From Mollicutes bacterium Phil14 (GTDB lineage Bacteria; Bacillota_I; Bacilli_A; ML615J-28; CAG-698): a stretch of DNA of 64,000 bases. The translations under genes and the position numbers were made by a program. The stretch lies in the NCBI GenBank assembly GCA_001940985.1, contig MSHB01000022.1, positions 35,393 through 99,392 on the forward strand. Direction: 5' to 3'. Positions 55,276-64,000 of this stretch are shown one piece after another. How positions within the stretch are numbered: the first letter of the stretch is position 1; each line of letters starts with the position of its first letter. A model generated the notes under the pieces. That model did no database searches and had not been told where the DNA came from. It saw only the letters and a list, made by a program, of their open reading frames with translations.

Positions 55276-57669
55276 TTAAGCTCTTAAAGTTGCTTGATAT
55301 CTCTTTTCTAATTCTTTTAATATCTTATTAACTTTAGAGTTAATTACATCATCTGTTAATGTTTCATATGATGTAAATGTTAATTTAATAGCTAATGATT
55401 TTTCATCTTCTGCCACTTTATCACCAACGTACAAATCGAATATCTTAACATCACTTAACAATTTCTTATCAACACTAATAATTGTATCAATAATATCACT
55501 TGCATTAATATTCTTTTTCATTACTAAAGCGATATCTCTTTCTACGCTTGGCACTTTACTAATTGGTTTATAAATTACTGTTTCAAGTTCATTATTTAAG
55601 ATTTCATTTAATTTTATTTCAGCTACATAAACATCTTTCAAATCTTCTTTTTGAGCAAATTTAGGATGTAGCGCTCCAACATAACCACATAACTTGCCAT
55701 TGTAATGAATAGTAGCAGTTCTTAATGGATGCATCTCTTGACATTCTTTTTCAAGTGGACGATATTCAAATTTTATTTTCAAATTCTTAAATGCTGTATC
55801 AATTATTCCTTTAATTAAATAGAAATCACATTTTTCAACATTTCCACGCCATAAAAGCGAACTAAAATTATTACTCATAACTATTGAAAGAGTTTCTTCT
55901 TCAATAAACTTATTGTTCTTTTCATAATATACTTTACCAATTTCATAACTAGCTACGTCTTTAATCTTACGGTTAGTACAATATTTCATATAGTCAATAA
56001 TACTTGGTACTAATCCTTTTCTCATTTCGCTATGATCACTACTAATAGGATGCATCAACTTAATTGGATTAGATTCTGTATCGTGCAATATTGTAAACGT
56101 CTTATTTTCTTGCTCACTAACTAATGAATAAGTAATTACTTCGTTTAATCCCATATCAACTAAAGTATGTTTTAGTTCTTTTCTATTCTTTTGATAATTA
56201 GTTAACAAACCACTTCTACTATCATTAGGTAAAGTCAAAGGCATTTTTTCATATCCATATATACGACCAACTTCTTCAACCAAATCAGAAGGAATCGTTA
56301 TATCCATTCTTCTACTTGGAACTAAAACTTTAATATTTTTGCCTTCTATTTCACATTTAAAGTTAAGACGTTTAAAAATATCTATAATTTCTTCATCTTT
56401 TAATTCTATTCCAAGTCTAGATGAAATAAATTCATTTGTAACAATGATTTCTTTATTTTCTTTTTCTTTTTCACCTTTAAAACTAATGTTTTTACTTACC
56501 TTAGCATTAGCTAAAGTCTTGAATAAATAAGTTGCATACTCTAATGCTAACTCACATCTATTAGTGTCAACACCTTTTTCATAGCGATTAGATGATTCAC
56601 TTCTTAATCCTAATCTACTAGATGTAAGCCTAATGCATGTTGAATCAAAAACAGCAGTTTCTAATACCATATCTTTAGTATCAGTTGTTATTTCAGTATC
56701 AAGGCCGCCCATAACACCAGCTATTGCTACAGGTTTTTCTCCATCAGTAATAACTATATCATTTTTATTTAATGTTCGTAAATTATTATCTAAAGTAGTA
56801 ATTTTCTCATCTTCATTTGCTTTTCTTACTACTATTTTATTTCCTAATTTTTGATAATCAAAAGCGTGTAATGGTTGACCAAAAAGAGCTAAAATATAAT
56901 TTGTTATATCAACAACATTATTAATAGGTCTAACTCCAAAACTAATCAAACGTGAACGAAGCCATCTTGGAGATTCTTGAATTTTCAAATCTTTAAATAC
57001 TCTAGCATAGTATACTTTACAATCACTTGTTTGAATTTCAACATTAACACTATCTTCAAGCTCACCCTTTACTAAATCAAATGCAATTGGTTTTAAAGGA
57101 CGATTGAATACTGCACTTACTTCATAAGCAACTCCTAGCATACTTAAAAGATCCCCACGATTAGGAGTTAATCCTAATTCTATAACTTCATCTTCTAATT
57201 CTAAGCACTTTAAGGCATCATCACCTGGAGTAACTTTATCTTTGAAATAATAGATACCATTTTGATATTCTTCACTAATATATTTAGATTCTAATCCTAT
57301 TTCTTTTAATGAACATAACATTCCAAATGATTCAACACCACGAATCTTTGATTTTTTAATTTTGAAATCACCTGGTAAAACGGCATCTAGCATTGCTACT
57401 ATTACAAATAATCCAGCCTTTACATTAGGTGCTCCACATACAATTTGTAATACTTCGTCTCCAACATTTACCTTACAAATATGCAAGTGATCTGAATCTG
57501 GATGATCTACACATTCTAAAACTTCACCAACTACTAAATTAGTGCCACTAACAACTTTTGTAACTCCCTCAACTTCTGTTGAATATAAACTTAAAGTATT
57601 AACTATATCTTCTTTTGACAAACCCTCAAGGTCAACTAATTCTTTTAACCAATTTAATTTTACGTTCAT
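55276..57669 (-). CDS. pheT: Phenylalanine--tRNA ligase beta subunit.
   Basis: 797 aa. N-terminal tRNA-binding (EMAP-like) domain, B3/B4 and B5 domains and a C-terminal FDX-ACB domain. Directly downstream of pheS. Confidence 0.9.
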   Translation of the reverse strand: MNVKLNWLKELVDLEGLSKEDIVNTLSLYSTEVEGVTKVVSGTNLVVGEVLECVDHPDSDHLHICKVNVGDEVLQIVCGAPNVKAGLFVIVAMLDAVLPGDFKIKKSKIRGVESFGMLCSLKEIGLESKYISEEYQNGIYYFKDKVTPGDDALKCLELEDEVIELGLTPNRGDLLSMLGVAYEVSAVFNRPLKPIAFDLVKGELEDSVNVEIQTSDCKVYYARVFKDLKIQESPRWLRSRLISFGVRPINNVVDITNYILALFGQPLHAFDYQKLGNKIVVRKANEDEKITTLDNNLRTLNKNDIVITDGEKPVAIAGVMGGLDTEITTDTKDMVLETAVFDSTCIRLTSSRLGLRSESSNRYEKGVDTNRCELALEYATYLFKTLANAKVSKNISFKGEKEKENKEIIVTNEFISSRLGIELKDEEIIDIFKRLNFKCEIEGKNIKVLVPSRRMDITIPSDLVEEVGRIYGYEKMPLTLPNDSRSGLLTNYQKNRKELKHTLVDMGLNEVITYSLVSEQENKTFTILHDTESNPIKLMHPISSDHSEMRKGLVPSIIDYMKYCTNRKIKDVASYEIGKVYYEKNNKFIEEETLSIVMSNNFSSLLWRGNVEKCDFYLIKGIIDTAFKNLKIKFEYRPLEKECQEMHPLRTATIHYNGKLCGYVGALHPKFAQKEDLKDVYVAEIKLNEILNNELETVIYKPISKVPSVERDIALVMKKNINASDIIDTIISVDKKLLSDVKIFDLYVGDKVAEDEKSLAIKLTFTSYETLTDDVINSKVNKILKELEKRYQATLRA

Positions 57670-57678
57670 AGTTACCTC

Positions 57679-58701
57679 CTAAAATTGCTTCAAGAAACGA
57701 GGATCTGAGATATAGAAATTTCTAATATCATCAATACCATGTTTCAACATTGTAATTCTTTCAATTCCAATACCAAAAGCAAAACCTTTATATACATCTG
57801 GATCATATCCAGCCATTTTCAAAACATTAGGATGAACACTTCCTCCACCTAACACTTCAATCCAACCACTGCCTTTGCAAAGTGGACAACCCTTACCACC
57901 ACATTTGAAGCAAGTTACATCAACTTCAACGCTTGGTTCAGTAAAAGGAAAGTATGATGGTCTAAATCTAATTTTACAATTCTCACCTAACATTTTTTTC
58001 ATAAGCAAACTTAAAGTTCCCTTTAAATCACTCATTTTTATATCTTTATCTACTACTAGTCCTTCAAGTTGCATAAATTGATGTGAATGAGTTGCATCAT
58101 CATCATCACGGCGATATACCTTACCAGGGCATATTACTTTAATTGGACTACCTTTTGCTTTTAACATAGTTCTTGCTTGAACTGGAGAAGTATGAGTTCT
58201 AAGCAAAATATTAGGATTAATATAAAAAGAATCTTGCATATCACGGGCAGGATGATCATGAGGAAGATTCATCATCTCAAAGTTATACAAATCTTCTTCT
58301 ACTTCAGGGCCTTCAACTACATCATATCCCATCCCTACAAATATTTCTTCCATTTCTTCGATAGTTTTTGTTAACACATGCAAGTTTCCTAAAGGAATAT
58401 CTTTACCAGGTAAAGTTACATCAATAGCTTCACTTTTTAGTTTGCGTTCAACTTCTTCTTCTTTAATTTTTTCAAGACGTTTATTAACTTCTTCTTCAAT
58501 CATGTTCTTGAATTCATTAACTTTTTGTCCAATTTCTTTTTTCATATCGCCACTAAACTCACGCATATGAGACATAATTTCTTGTAATGGACTCTTCTTT
58601 CCTAAATACAAAGCTTTAGTTTCATTTAATTCTTGAATGCTTTTAGCTTCTTGAATTTTTTTCTTTGCAATCTCTCGCATTTCTAATAATTTTGTAATCA
58701 T
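57679..58701 (-). CDS. pheS: Phenylalanine--tRNA ligase alpha subunit.
   Basis: 340 aa. Class II aaRS motifs ([23 protein letters not shown]). GGAGGAAAGAA ribosome-binding site. Confidence 0.9.
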   Translation of the reverse strand: MITKLLEMREIAKKKIQEAKSIQELNETKALYLGKKSPLQEIMSHMREFSGDMKKEIGQKVNEFKNMIEEEVNKRLEKIKEEEVERKLKSEAIDVTLPGKDIPLGNLHVLTKTIEEMEEIFVGMGYDVVEGPEVEEDLYNFEMMNLPHDHPARDMQDSFYINPNILLRTHTSPVQARTMLKAKGSPIKVICPGKVYRRDDDDATHSHQFMQLEGLVVDKDIKMSDLKGTLSLLMKKMLGENCKIRFRPSYFPFTEPSVEVDVTCFKCGGKGCPLCKGSGWIEVLGGGSVHPNVLKMAGYDPDVYKGFAFGIGIERITMLKHGIDDIRNFYISDPRFLKQF

Positions 58702-58704
58702 TTC

Positions 58705-58955
58705 TTTCCTCCAAATAAAAAATCCTTAGAAAATTAATTCTAAGGACGAAATCTTCGCGGTACCACCTTAGTTCAAAATACAAATGTATTTTGCACCTCA
58801 ACTGTAAAATTAACGCTTTTACTTAAACGGACTCTATTAAAGCCACTCCAAGGGTGAATTCATAGGGTTTTTACTATAAGAAATTTCAGCTACATTCTTA
58901 CTCTCTGAAAATAAAAACTAATCTACTACTACTTCCTTATCACAGTATTATATAC
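58705..58955 (-). promoter_or_regulatory. T-box leader (tRNA-Phe-responsive riboswitch) upstream of pheST, with a terminator/antiterminator.
   Basis: The minus-strand leader contains an AG-box (CAGAGAG), a candidate specifier region with UUC (GAAAUUUCUUA) and the conserved T-box sequence AAGGUGGUACCGCG. A terminator hairpin CCUUAGAA-UUAAUU-UUCUAAGG plus UUUUUUAUUU follows. A promoter TTGATT...TATAAT lies at about 58960-58990. Confidence 0.85.
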
Positions 58956-59000
58956 AGATATTATACCACTATTATAATTTTAATCAAGAACTTTTTATTC

Positions 59001-60641
59001 TTATCTTACGTATTTATACTGTTTTTTTATGATATTCATAGCATCAGAAAGACTCATTTTATTTTTTATAACATCAGTTCTCCAAAAACTTTTTGGACTA
59101 TATTTTATATCTTTAATAGAATATAAATCAACCACTTTGTTTTTTACAGGAATAATATGCAAGTCACTAGAAGAATATAAAGAAGAACCTATTTTATATA
59201 ACTTATCATATTTATACTCTTTAAAAGTAGTTGCATCATATATTTTATAATCTTCTTGTAACAAGTAAAAATATACGATTATATAATCTTGGCTCAAAAA
59301 GAAATTTCTTGCACTATCTAAATTTCTATATTCATCTAATTCTATTAACAAATTAATTGTTTCATCACTTTTAATGTTACTAAAAATGTCTTCAACAACT
59401 TTACATGTTAAAAGCATATGTTTTTTACTATTACTATCAATATATGGATTTTCATCAACAGAAATAACTTCTAATTGAGCAAATGATTGTCCATCTTCTT
59501 TCTTATAACTATTATAAAAAATTGATATACATCCAAGGTCTTTTACATTAATCCATAAGGTACGTAGACTATCATATAACTTTTCAAGTGACATACCATC
59601 AGTTATATATTTACTATAATTAGAATATTTTGTAACATCTCTTGTATATACTGAAACTTCTTCAATCGCATGTAAATTAACTTTATTATCTTTTATAGGA
59701 ATTATACTTAAAAAGTTTTCCAAACATGTGATATACATTTTTTCTTCGTATTGTAATTCCATATAATAACATAGAACATAATCTTGATTCAAAAGAAATT
59801 CTCTTGCACTTTCAAAATCTTTAAAATTATTTAAATCTATAAAAAGTTCTACTTTGCTTCGTCTTTCTTTTCTTTCAAAAAAGTCTTCAACTATTCTACA
59901 ATTTGCTATAAGATATTTTCTATCTTCTTCTCGATATACTCCTTCTAATATATTTTCTATTTTGAAAAGTGATAAAGCGCAATTATCAAAATCAGCATAT
60001 ACTTCTTCAATAGAACGATTATTTTCGAAACTTGTTGAAAAAGTTCTTAGATTTTGTTTTACATCTTCAAGACTCATATTATTTCTTATATAATCTTGAT
60101 ATGGAAAAGCACTATTTTGTTTTCTTACTTTACCTATTGCTTTTAAATCTACTTTATTATCTTTAATAGGAATTATACTTACTACACTATCAAGACATGT
60201 TCTATATGTTTTACTAAGGGCTAATTCTTCTAATGTAGCTTCATCATATACTTTATAACGATCTTCAAATAATAAAGTAAAATAAGCAATGATATAGTCT
60301 TGATTTAATAATACTTCTTTTATAGCCTCAACACTTTTATATTCACTTATATCTATTAAAAGATCTATAACTCTTCCATTAAGAAGTGAATCATAAAAAT
60401 CTTCGATAACTTTACACTTCACTTTTATGTATTCAATTGTTTCATCATCATTAGTATGCTTATATTTATTATCACTAATATCAATTACTTCTAATTGGGC
60501 AAATGATCTTCTCATCTTTTTTTCATATACTTCTTCAATAGATACATCTAAATACTTTTTATCAATGCTTTCTTCTTTTTCCTTACAAGCGAATAACATA
60601 AGACAAAAAGCAAGCATAAATAATGTTAGAATCTTTTTCAT
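59001..60641 (-). CDS. Lipoprotein with three tandem internal repeats of about 170 aa, function unknown.
   Basis: 546 aa. Signal peptide with lipobox LFAC. Three repeats, each containing ...SFAQLEVI(D/S)...KVxEDF...LLNQDY(I/V)... followed by ...IIPIKDNKVDL... Confidence 0.65.
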   Translation of the reverse strand: MKKILTLFMLAFCLMLFACKEKEESIDKKYLDVSIEEVYEKKMRRSFAQLEVIDISDNKYKHTNDDETIEYIKVKCKVIEDFYDSLLNGRVIDLLIDISEYKSVEAIKEVLLNQDYIIAYFTLLFEDRYKVYDEATLEELALSKTYRTCLDSVVSIIPIKDNKVDLKAIGKVRKQNSAFPYQDYIRNNMSLEDVKQNLRTFSTSFENNRSIEEVYADFDNCALSLFKIENILEGVYREEDRKYLIANCRIVEDFFERKERRSKVELFIDLNNFKDFESAREFLLNQDYVLCYYMELQYEEKMYITCLENFLSIIPIKDNKVNLHAIEEVSVYTRDVTKYSNYSKYITDGMSLEKLYDSLRTLWINVKDLGCISIFYNSYKKEDGQSFAQLEVISVDENPYIDSNSKKHMLLTCKVVEDIFSNIKSDETINLLIELDEYRNLDSARNFFLSQDYIIVYFYLLQEDYKIYDATTFKEYKYDKLYKIGSSLYSSSDLHIIPVKNKVVDLYSIKDIKYSPKSFWRTDVIKNKMSLSDAMNIIKKQYKYVR

Positions 60642-60661
60642 TTTTTACCTCCTACTTTTAA

Positions 60662-62599
60662 TTAATTTTCATCTTTAAGTTTTTTCTTATCAAATTCTGA
60701 TAGTTCACCTTCATTTTTAATTAGTATAATTACACCATTAGGCAAAATATATCTATCACCTTCATTAAACATATTTAAACCATTTAATTTTCTATCCGTA
60801 ATAATAAATCCTATTTCAGCTTGCCCATTGCATAGTAAGCATGTTGCAAATCTATCACCAGATGTGAAAGAGTCACTAGAAACTACATGTCCTTGATTTA
60901 CTGAAATACCACAACAGCAGAAAGCTTTATGCTTTGTATAATTTAACCAATCATATTCATGATTATAATTATGGTTAATATAACTAGTACTGATACTGTA
61001 ATTTATGCTACCACTATTATTAACATTACTAACAACTGCATATAGTTCAACTATATCACTACCAACATTATTTAAATCAATACTATATTGATTATTTGCT
61101 CCTACATTACCATAAATTATATTATGATTACCTGAACTATCTATTGTATATATCTGCACTTTACCACCACTACTGTCAAAATTAACCGTCAAATTCATAG
61201 AGTGGCTATTTACTGAAGAAGGAACACTTATTTTATAATAATTGCTAGCATAATAATCTACTGAATTGTTAGTAGAACTAGCAGACCCGTTTAAATATCT
61301 CATAAGTGGTAAACCATCAGAATAATCATAATCTAAATAATAGCTGTACCATTCATATGGTTTTGTTAAATATGTTGCCATTTTTATGTATACATCTTCA
61401 AAACTACCACTACTATTTGCTGATATTCCATTTGTAACAATTGTTTTCAATTGAGAAAAATTAGGAACACCTTCAAATAACTTATATTGTTCATATATTG
61501 ATTCTATTGTGCTAATTCCCCCAAATTCATTTTCTATCGTTATAGGGAAAAGAACTGAAGAGTACCCTCCTGTTTCAGTTATAGAAGTTTCTAATAAGTT
61601 ATCTAGGTAATTGTAAATATAACTTTGTGTTTCAGAAAAATCATCGCAAACGACTGTTGGTGCCCAAGATGCAAAGGCCTCAGTGAACCACCCATGTTGA
61701 CGATTATATGCACTTTGAATAGCATGAAAGTATTCATGTACAATTGTTGCTTCTACACTATTGATCAAAGAATAAAAACCGTATATCGTAATATAAGTTG
61801 CACGTGCATTTGGATTGCTACTAGGATTACTAACACCAATATTAGATCCAAGAATTTGACCATTATAATTATGATCTAATATCAAGCGATACTTGCTATA
61901 ATTTTCTTCAAGTACAGGTGTTTCAAAACCAAAATTTATAAACTGTTGCCTAATTGTTTCACAGTAATTTGCCACATTTTGTGCTTTATATTGTTGTATA
62001 TGGGTTTCATCATAATATATTATAAAATTATCACTTTGATAAGATGAAAGTTGTGTATCACTATTATCTACTAACGTACCATCAGCACTTCGATATTGAA
62101 ACAAAACATTTTCTACCTTTTGTGATAAAGCATCATTCTTAACATCACTTGATTCATAATATTCTCTTAGTTCATCATATACCATTGTCAAACAACTAGT
62201 ATTTTTAAAATTTTTGTTGCTAAGCAAATCGCAATAACTTTCAATCTTATCTTGATATGATATTATTCCTTCTTCGCATAACCAACTTGCGATATCATAT
62301 TTGCTTTTTTTATCGAAATTATAATAATCATTGATTTTTTTTACTGAATTTTTGACTAATACAGTTCCATCTATATTAAACACATCATCATCTATTATAG
62401 AAGAAATTATTTCTTTTTTCGAAGAATTAATCTTCAATATCTTCGCTTTAGATAAAGCTTCTATTTTATTTTCGATACTACATTCATTTTTTTCAAAATC
62501 AATTGCACTTATATTATTACTACTTGTAGAAAATAATACATTTAGCATTAATGCTAAACATATAAATATGAAAACTTTTTTAATTATTTTTTTAAGCAT
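60662..62599 (-). CDS. Secreted putative zinc metallopeptidase (HExxH) with a Cys-rich C-terminal region.
   Basis: 645 aa. N-terminal signal peptide. The HEYFH motif (TIVHEYFHAIQ) is followed by EAFASW. C-terminal HKAFCCCG...CLLCNG cysteine cluster. Confidence 0.6.
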   Translation of the reverse strand: MLKKIIKKVFIFICLALMLNVLFSTSSNNISAIDFEKNECSIENKIEALSKAKILKINSSKKEIISSIIDDDVFNIDGTVLVKNSVKKINDYYNFDKKSKYDIASWLCEEGIISYQDKIESYCDLLSNKNFKNTSCLTMVYDELREYYESSDVKNDALSQKVENVLFQYRSADGTLVDNSDTQLSSYQSDNFIIYYDETHIQQYKAQNVANYCETIRQQFINFGFETPVLEENYSKYRLILDHNYNGQILGSNIGVSNPSSNPNARATYITIYGFYSLINSVEATIVHEYFHAIQSAYNRQHGWFTEAFASWAPTVVCDDFSETQSYIYNYLDNLLETSITETGGYSSVLFPITIENEFGGISTIESIYEQYKLFEGVPNFSQLKTIVTNGISANSSGSFEDVYIKMATYLTKPYEWYSYYLDYDYSDGLPLMRYLNGSASSTNNSVDYYASNYYKISVPSSVNSHSMNLTVNFDSSGGKVQIYTIDSSGNHNIIYGNVGANNQYSIDLNNVGSDIVELYAVVSNVNNSGSINYSISTSYINHNYNHEYDWLNYTKHKAFCCCGISVNQGHVVSSDSFTSGDRFATCLLCNGQAEIGFIITDRKLNGLNMFNEGDRYILPNGVIILIKNEGELSEFDKKKLKDEN

Positions 62600-63165
62600 T
62601 GTTTTTATCTCCTATCATATATTTTTTTGTATCGATTTAATAATTTTATTTAATAAAGTATTCAATAATATGCGTTAGAAATCTGGTTAATTTAATTTAT
62701 AAACTTAACCAAACAAAAGTGCAGAAGATTATTGTCCCATTAAATAAATAAATTTTTCTTTTTTTAAAAAAATCATTTGCTTCACCACCAACCTATTCTT
62801 TCCAATCTCATTATATCAATATTTACTTTTCTTGTCAAATATATGATTTTTTAAAGTTATATTATCTTTTTTTCACAAATAATTGTATTATAAGAAAAGA
62901 ATTTTTTAACTACAAAATTAAATTAAAATAAGAATTATATATATGCAAGTACTAATAAAGCATTAATAATAAATTTTGAAAAAATAAGTAAAAACTTTGG
63001 TTTTATTAAATAGTATATAAAGGTTGTACTTTTAATGGTTATAACATCATACATTGCTAGTCCCCAACACAACATTATTAATATTGTTATCCATATCTTA
63101 TCTTTTTCTTTGATATTAAATTTTGATATAGTTTTAAAATGTCAATACTTTTTTAAAAAAATAAA

Positions 63166-63205
63166 AAAAGCTATGATTAATATAATTAAAAATCACAGCT
63201 TTAAT
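63166..63205 (-). terminator. Rho-independent terminator downstream of the partial ABC exporter gene.
   Basis: Inverted repeat AAAGCUGUGAUU...AAUCAUAGCUUU with one mismatch, followed by a U-rich run on the minus strand. Confidence 0.5.
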
Positions 63206-63212
63206 TTTAAAA

Positions 63213-64000
63213 TTATTGATAACTATCTTTTTCAAATTGCATCATATATAAATTATAATACTTACCTTTTTGTTTTAATAATGATTGATGATCACCTTGT
63301 TCTATTATTCTACCATTTTGGAAAACAAATATTTTGTTTGCATGTTGGATAGTTGACAAACGATGAGCTACCATTATCATAGTATTATTATTAATAATCT
63401 TTTCTAAAGAGTCTTGAATAATACTTTCAGTTTGAGTATCGATATTAGATGTTGCTTCATCTAAAATAATTAATTTTGGTTTATGAGCAACTGTTCTAGC
63501 AAATGATATTAGTTGTCTTTCACCAAGTGATAGATTGTTTCCTCTTTCATAAACTTCTTCATTTAAACCTTTTGGTTTTTTATTTATTATTGGAGTCAAA
63601 CAAACCTCATCGCAAGCTTTTTGGATATCTTTATCAGTAATTCTATCATCATCTAAATTAATATTAGACTTAATGCTTCCGCTAAATAAGAATACATCTT
63701 GTAACATTTGTCCAATTTGACTTCTCAGTGAAGATAACTTAATCTTTTTGATATCTATTCCATCGATTAGAATTTCTCCTTTTTGGATATCATAGTTTCT
63801 TGTTATTAATGATAGTATTGTTGTTTTGCCACTTCCTGTTGCCCCAACAAACGCCACAACATCTTTAGCATTAATTTTAAATGATACATCTTTTAATATC
63901 CATTCATCTTCAACATACTTAAACCAAACATTTTTAAATTCAATGTTTCCTTGTAAATCAATATCAATAGCGTCTTTATCTTCTTTTATTTCACTTTCCA
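63213..64000 (-). CDS. ABC exporter ATPase domain (C-terminal part of a fused TMD-NBD protein). The gene continues beyond the window end.
   Basis: The ORF track starts it at a GTG (63857). The frame stays open upstream to position 64000 (...NVWFKYVEDEWILKDVSFKINAKDVVAFVGATGSGKTT). It has Walker A, LSLGERQ signature and ILDEATSNID. Confidence 0.8.
   Translation of the reverse strand, partial: ESEIKEDKDAIDIDLQGNIEFKNVWFKYVEDEWILKDVSFKINAKDVVAFVGATGSGKTTILSLITRNYDIQKGEILIDGIDIKKIKLSSLRSQIGQMLQDVFLFSGSIKSNINLDDDRITDKDIQKACDEVCLTPIINKKPKGLNEEVYERGNNLSLGERQLISFARTVAHKPKLIILDEATSNIDTQTESIIQDSLEKIINNNTMIMVAHRLSTIQHANKIFVFQNGRIIEQGDHQSLLKQKGKYYNLYMMQFEKDSYQ

Noticed and set aside
63035-63352. 105-aa plus-strand ORF overlapping the 3' end of the partial ABC exporter gene.
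   Set aside because: It overlaps a strongly supported minus-strand NBD-coding region and the terminator. Its composition is typical of random AT-rich ORFs.
1-64000. Possibility of Mollicutes-type genetic code (UGA read as Trp).
   Set aside because: Very long ORFs (7.6 kb and 2.5 kb) are intact under the standard code with Trp encoded by TGG. Reading through the TGA that ends the truncated ABC ATPase does not restore an H-loop.
1-64000. CRISPR arrays, tRNA or rRNA genes, transposases or integrases, prophage.
   Set aside because: No regularly spaced direct repeats, no cloverleaf-like or rRNA-like conserved segments, and no transposase, integrase or recombinase ORFs were found by reading. The only repeats are the roughly 150-bp hydrolase-derived direct repeats and the two riboswitch copies.

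Overview
This is a low-GC (roughly 27-30%), Firmicutes-like chromosomal segment in which nearly every gene is on the minus strand. Housekeeping blocks are recognisable. They include maf, the tilS-hpt-ftsH cluster, ddl with a murF-like gene, the Firmicutes-type sufCDSUB operon, and pheST preceded by a T-box leader. Several ABC exporters are also present. The standout region is about 4.3-23.2 kb. Two minus-strand elements there carry the hallmarks of class-I c-di-GMP (GEMM) riboswitches (GGCAAA...hairpin with GAAA loop...GACGCAAAGCUAUAGGG). Each sits at the head of a tightly packed operon. Together these operons encode three SipW-type (ER/archaeal-type, SGSMEP...HR(I/V)) signal peptidases. They also encode about seven paralogous small secreted proteins with TasA/camelysin-like 'SipW-cognate' N-termini (hydrophobic stretch then GT(S/T)xAW(L/F/I)). 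A membrane-anchored McrB-family (AAA_5) NTPase with a 671-aa coiled-coil partner lies inside the first operon, and a 2549-aa repeat-rich surface protein ends the second. The region is bracketed by one GGDEF diguanylate cyclase and two GGDEF(degenerate)-EAL proteins. I interpret it as a c-di-GMP-controlled matrix, fibre or adhesin system of unusual composition. Further observations: an ABC exporter pair flanked by direct repeats that carry a deleted copy of the neighbouring alpha/beta-hydrolase gene; small hydrophobic peptide ORFs with strong ribosome-binding sites and consensus promoters upstream of two ABC exporter loci; a MurF-like ligase whose N-terminal domain is replaced by transmembrane helices; a truncated ABC ATPase; and a frameshifted or stop-interrupted ORF with a G8 homopolymer downstream of a TetR gene. 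I found no CRISPR array, tRNA, rRNA, transposase or integrase.
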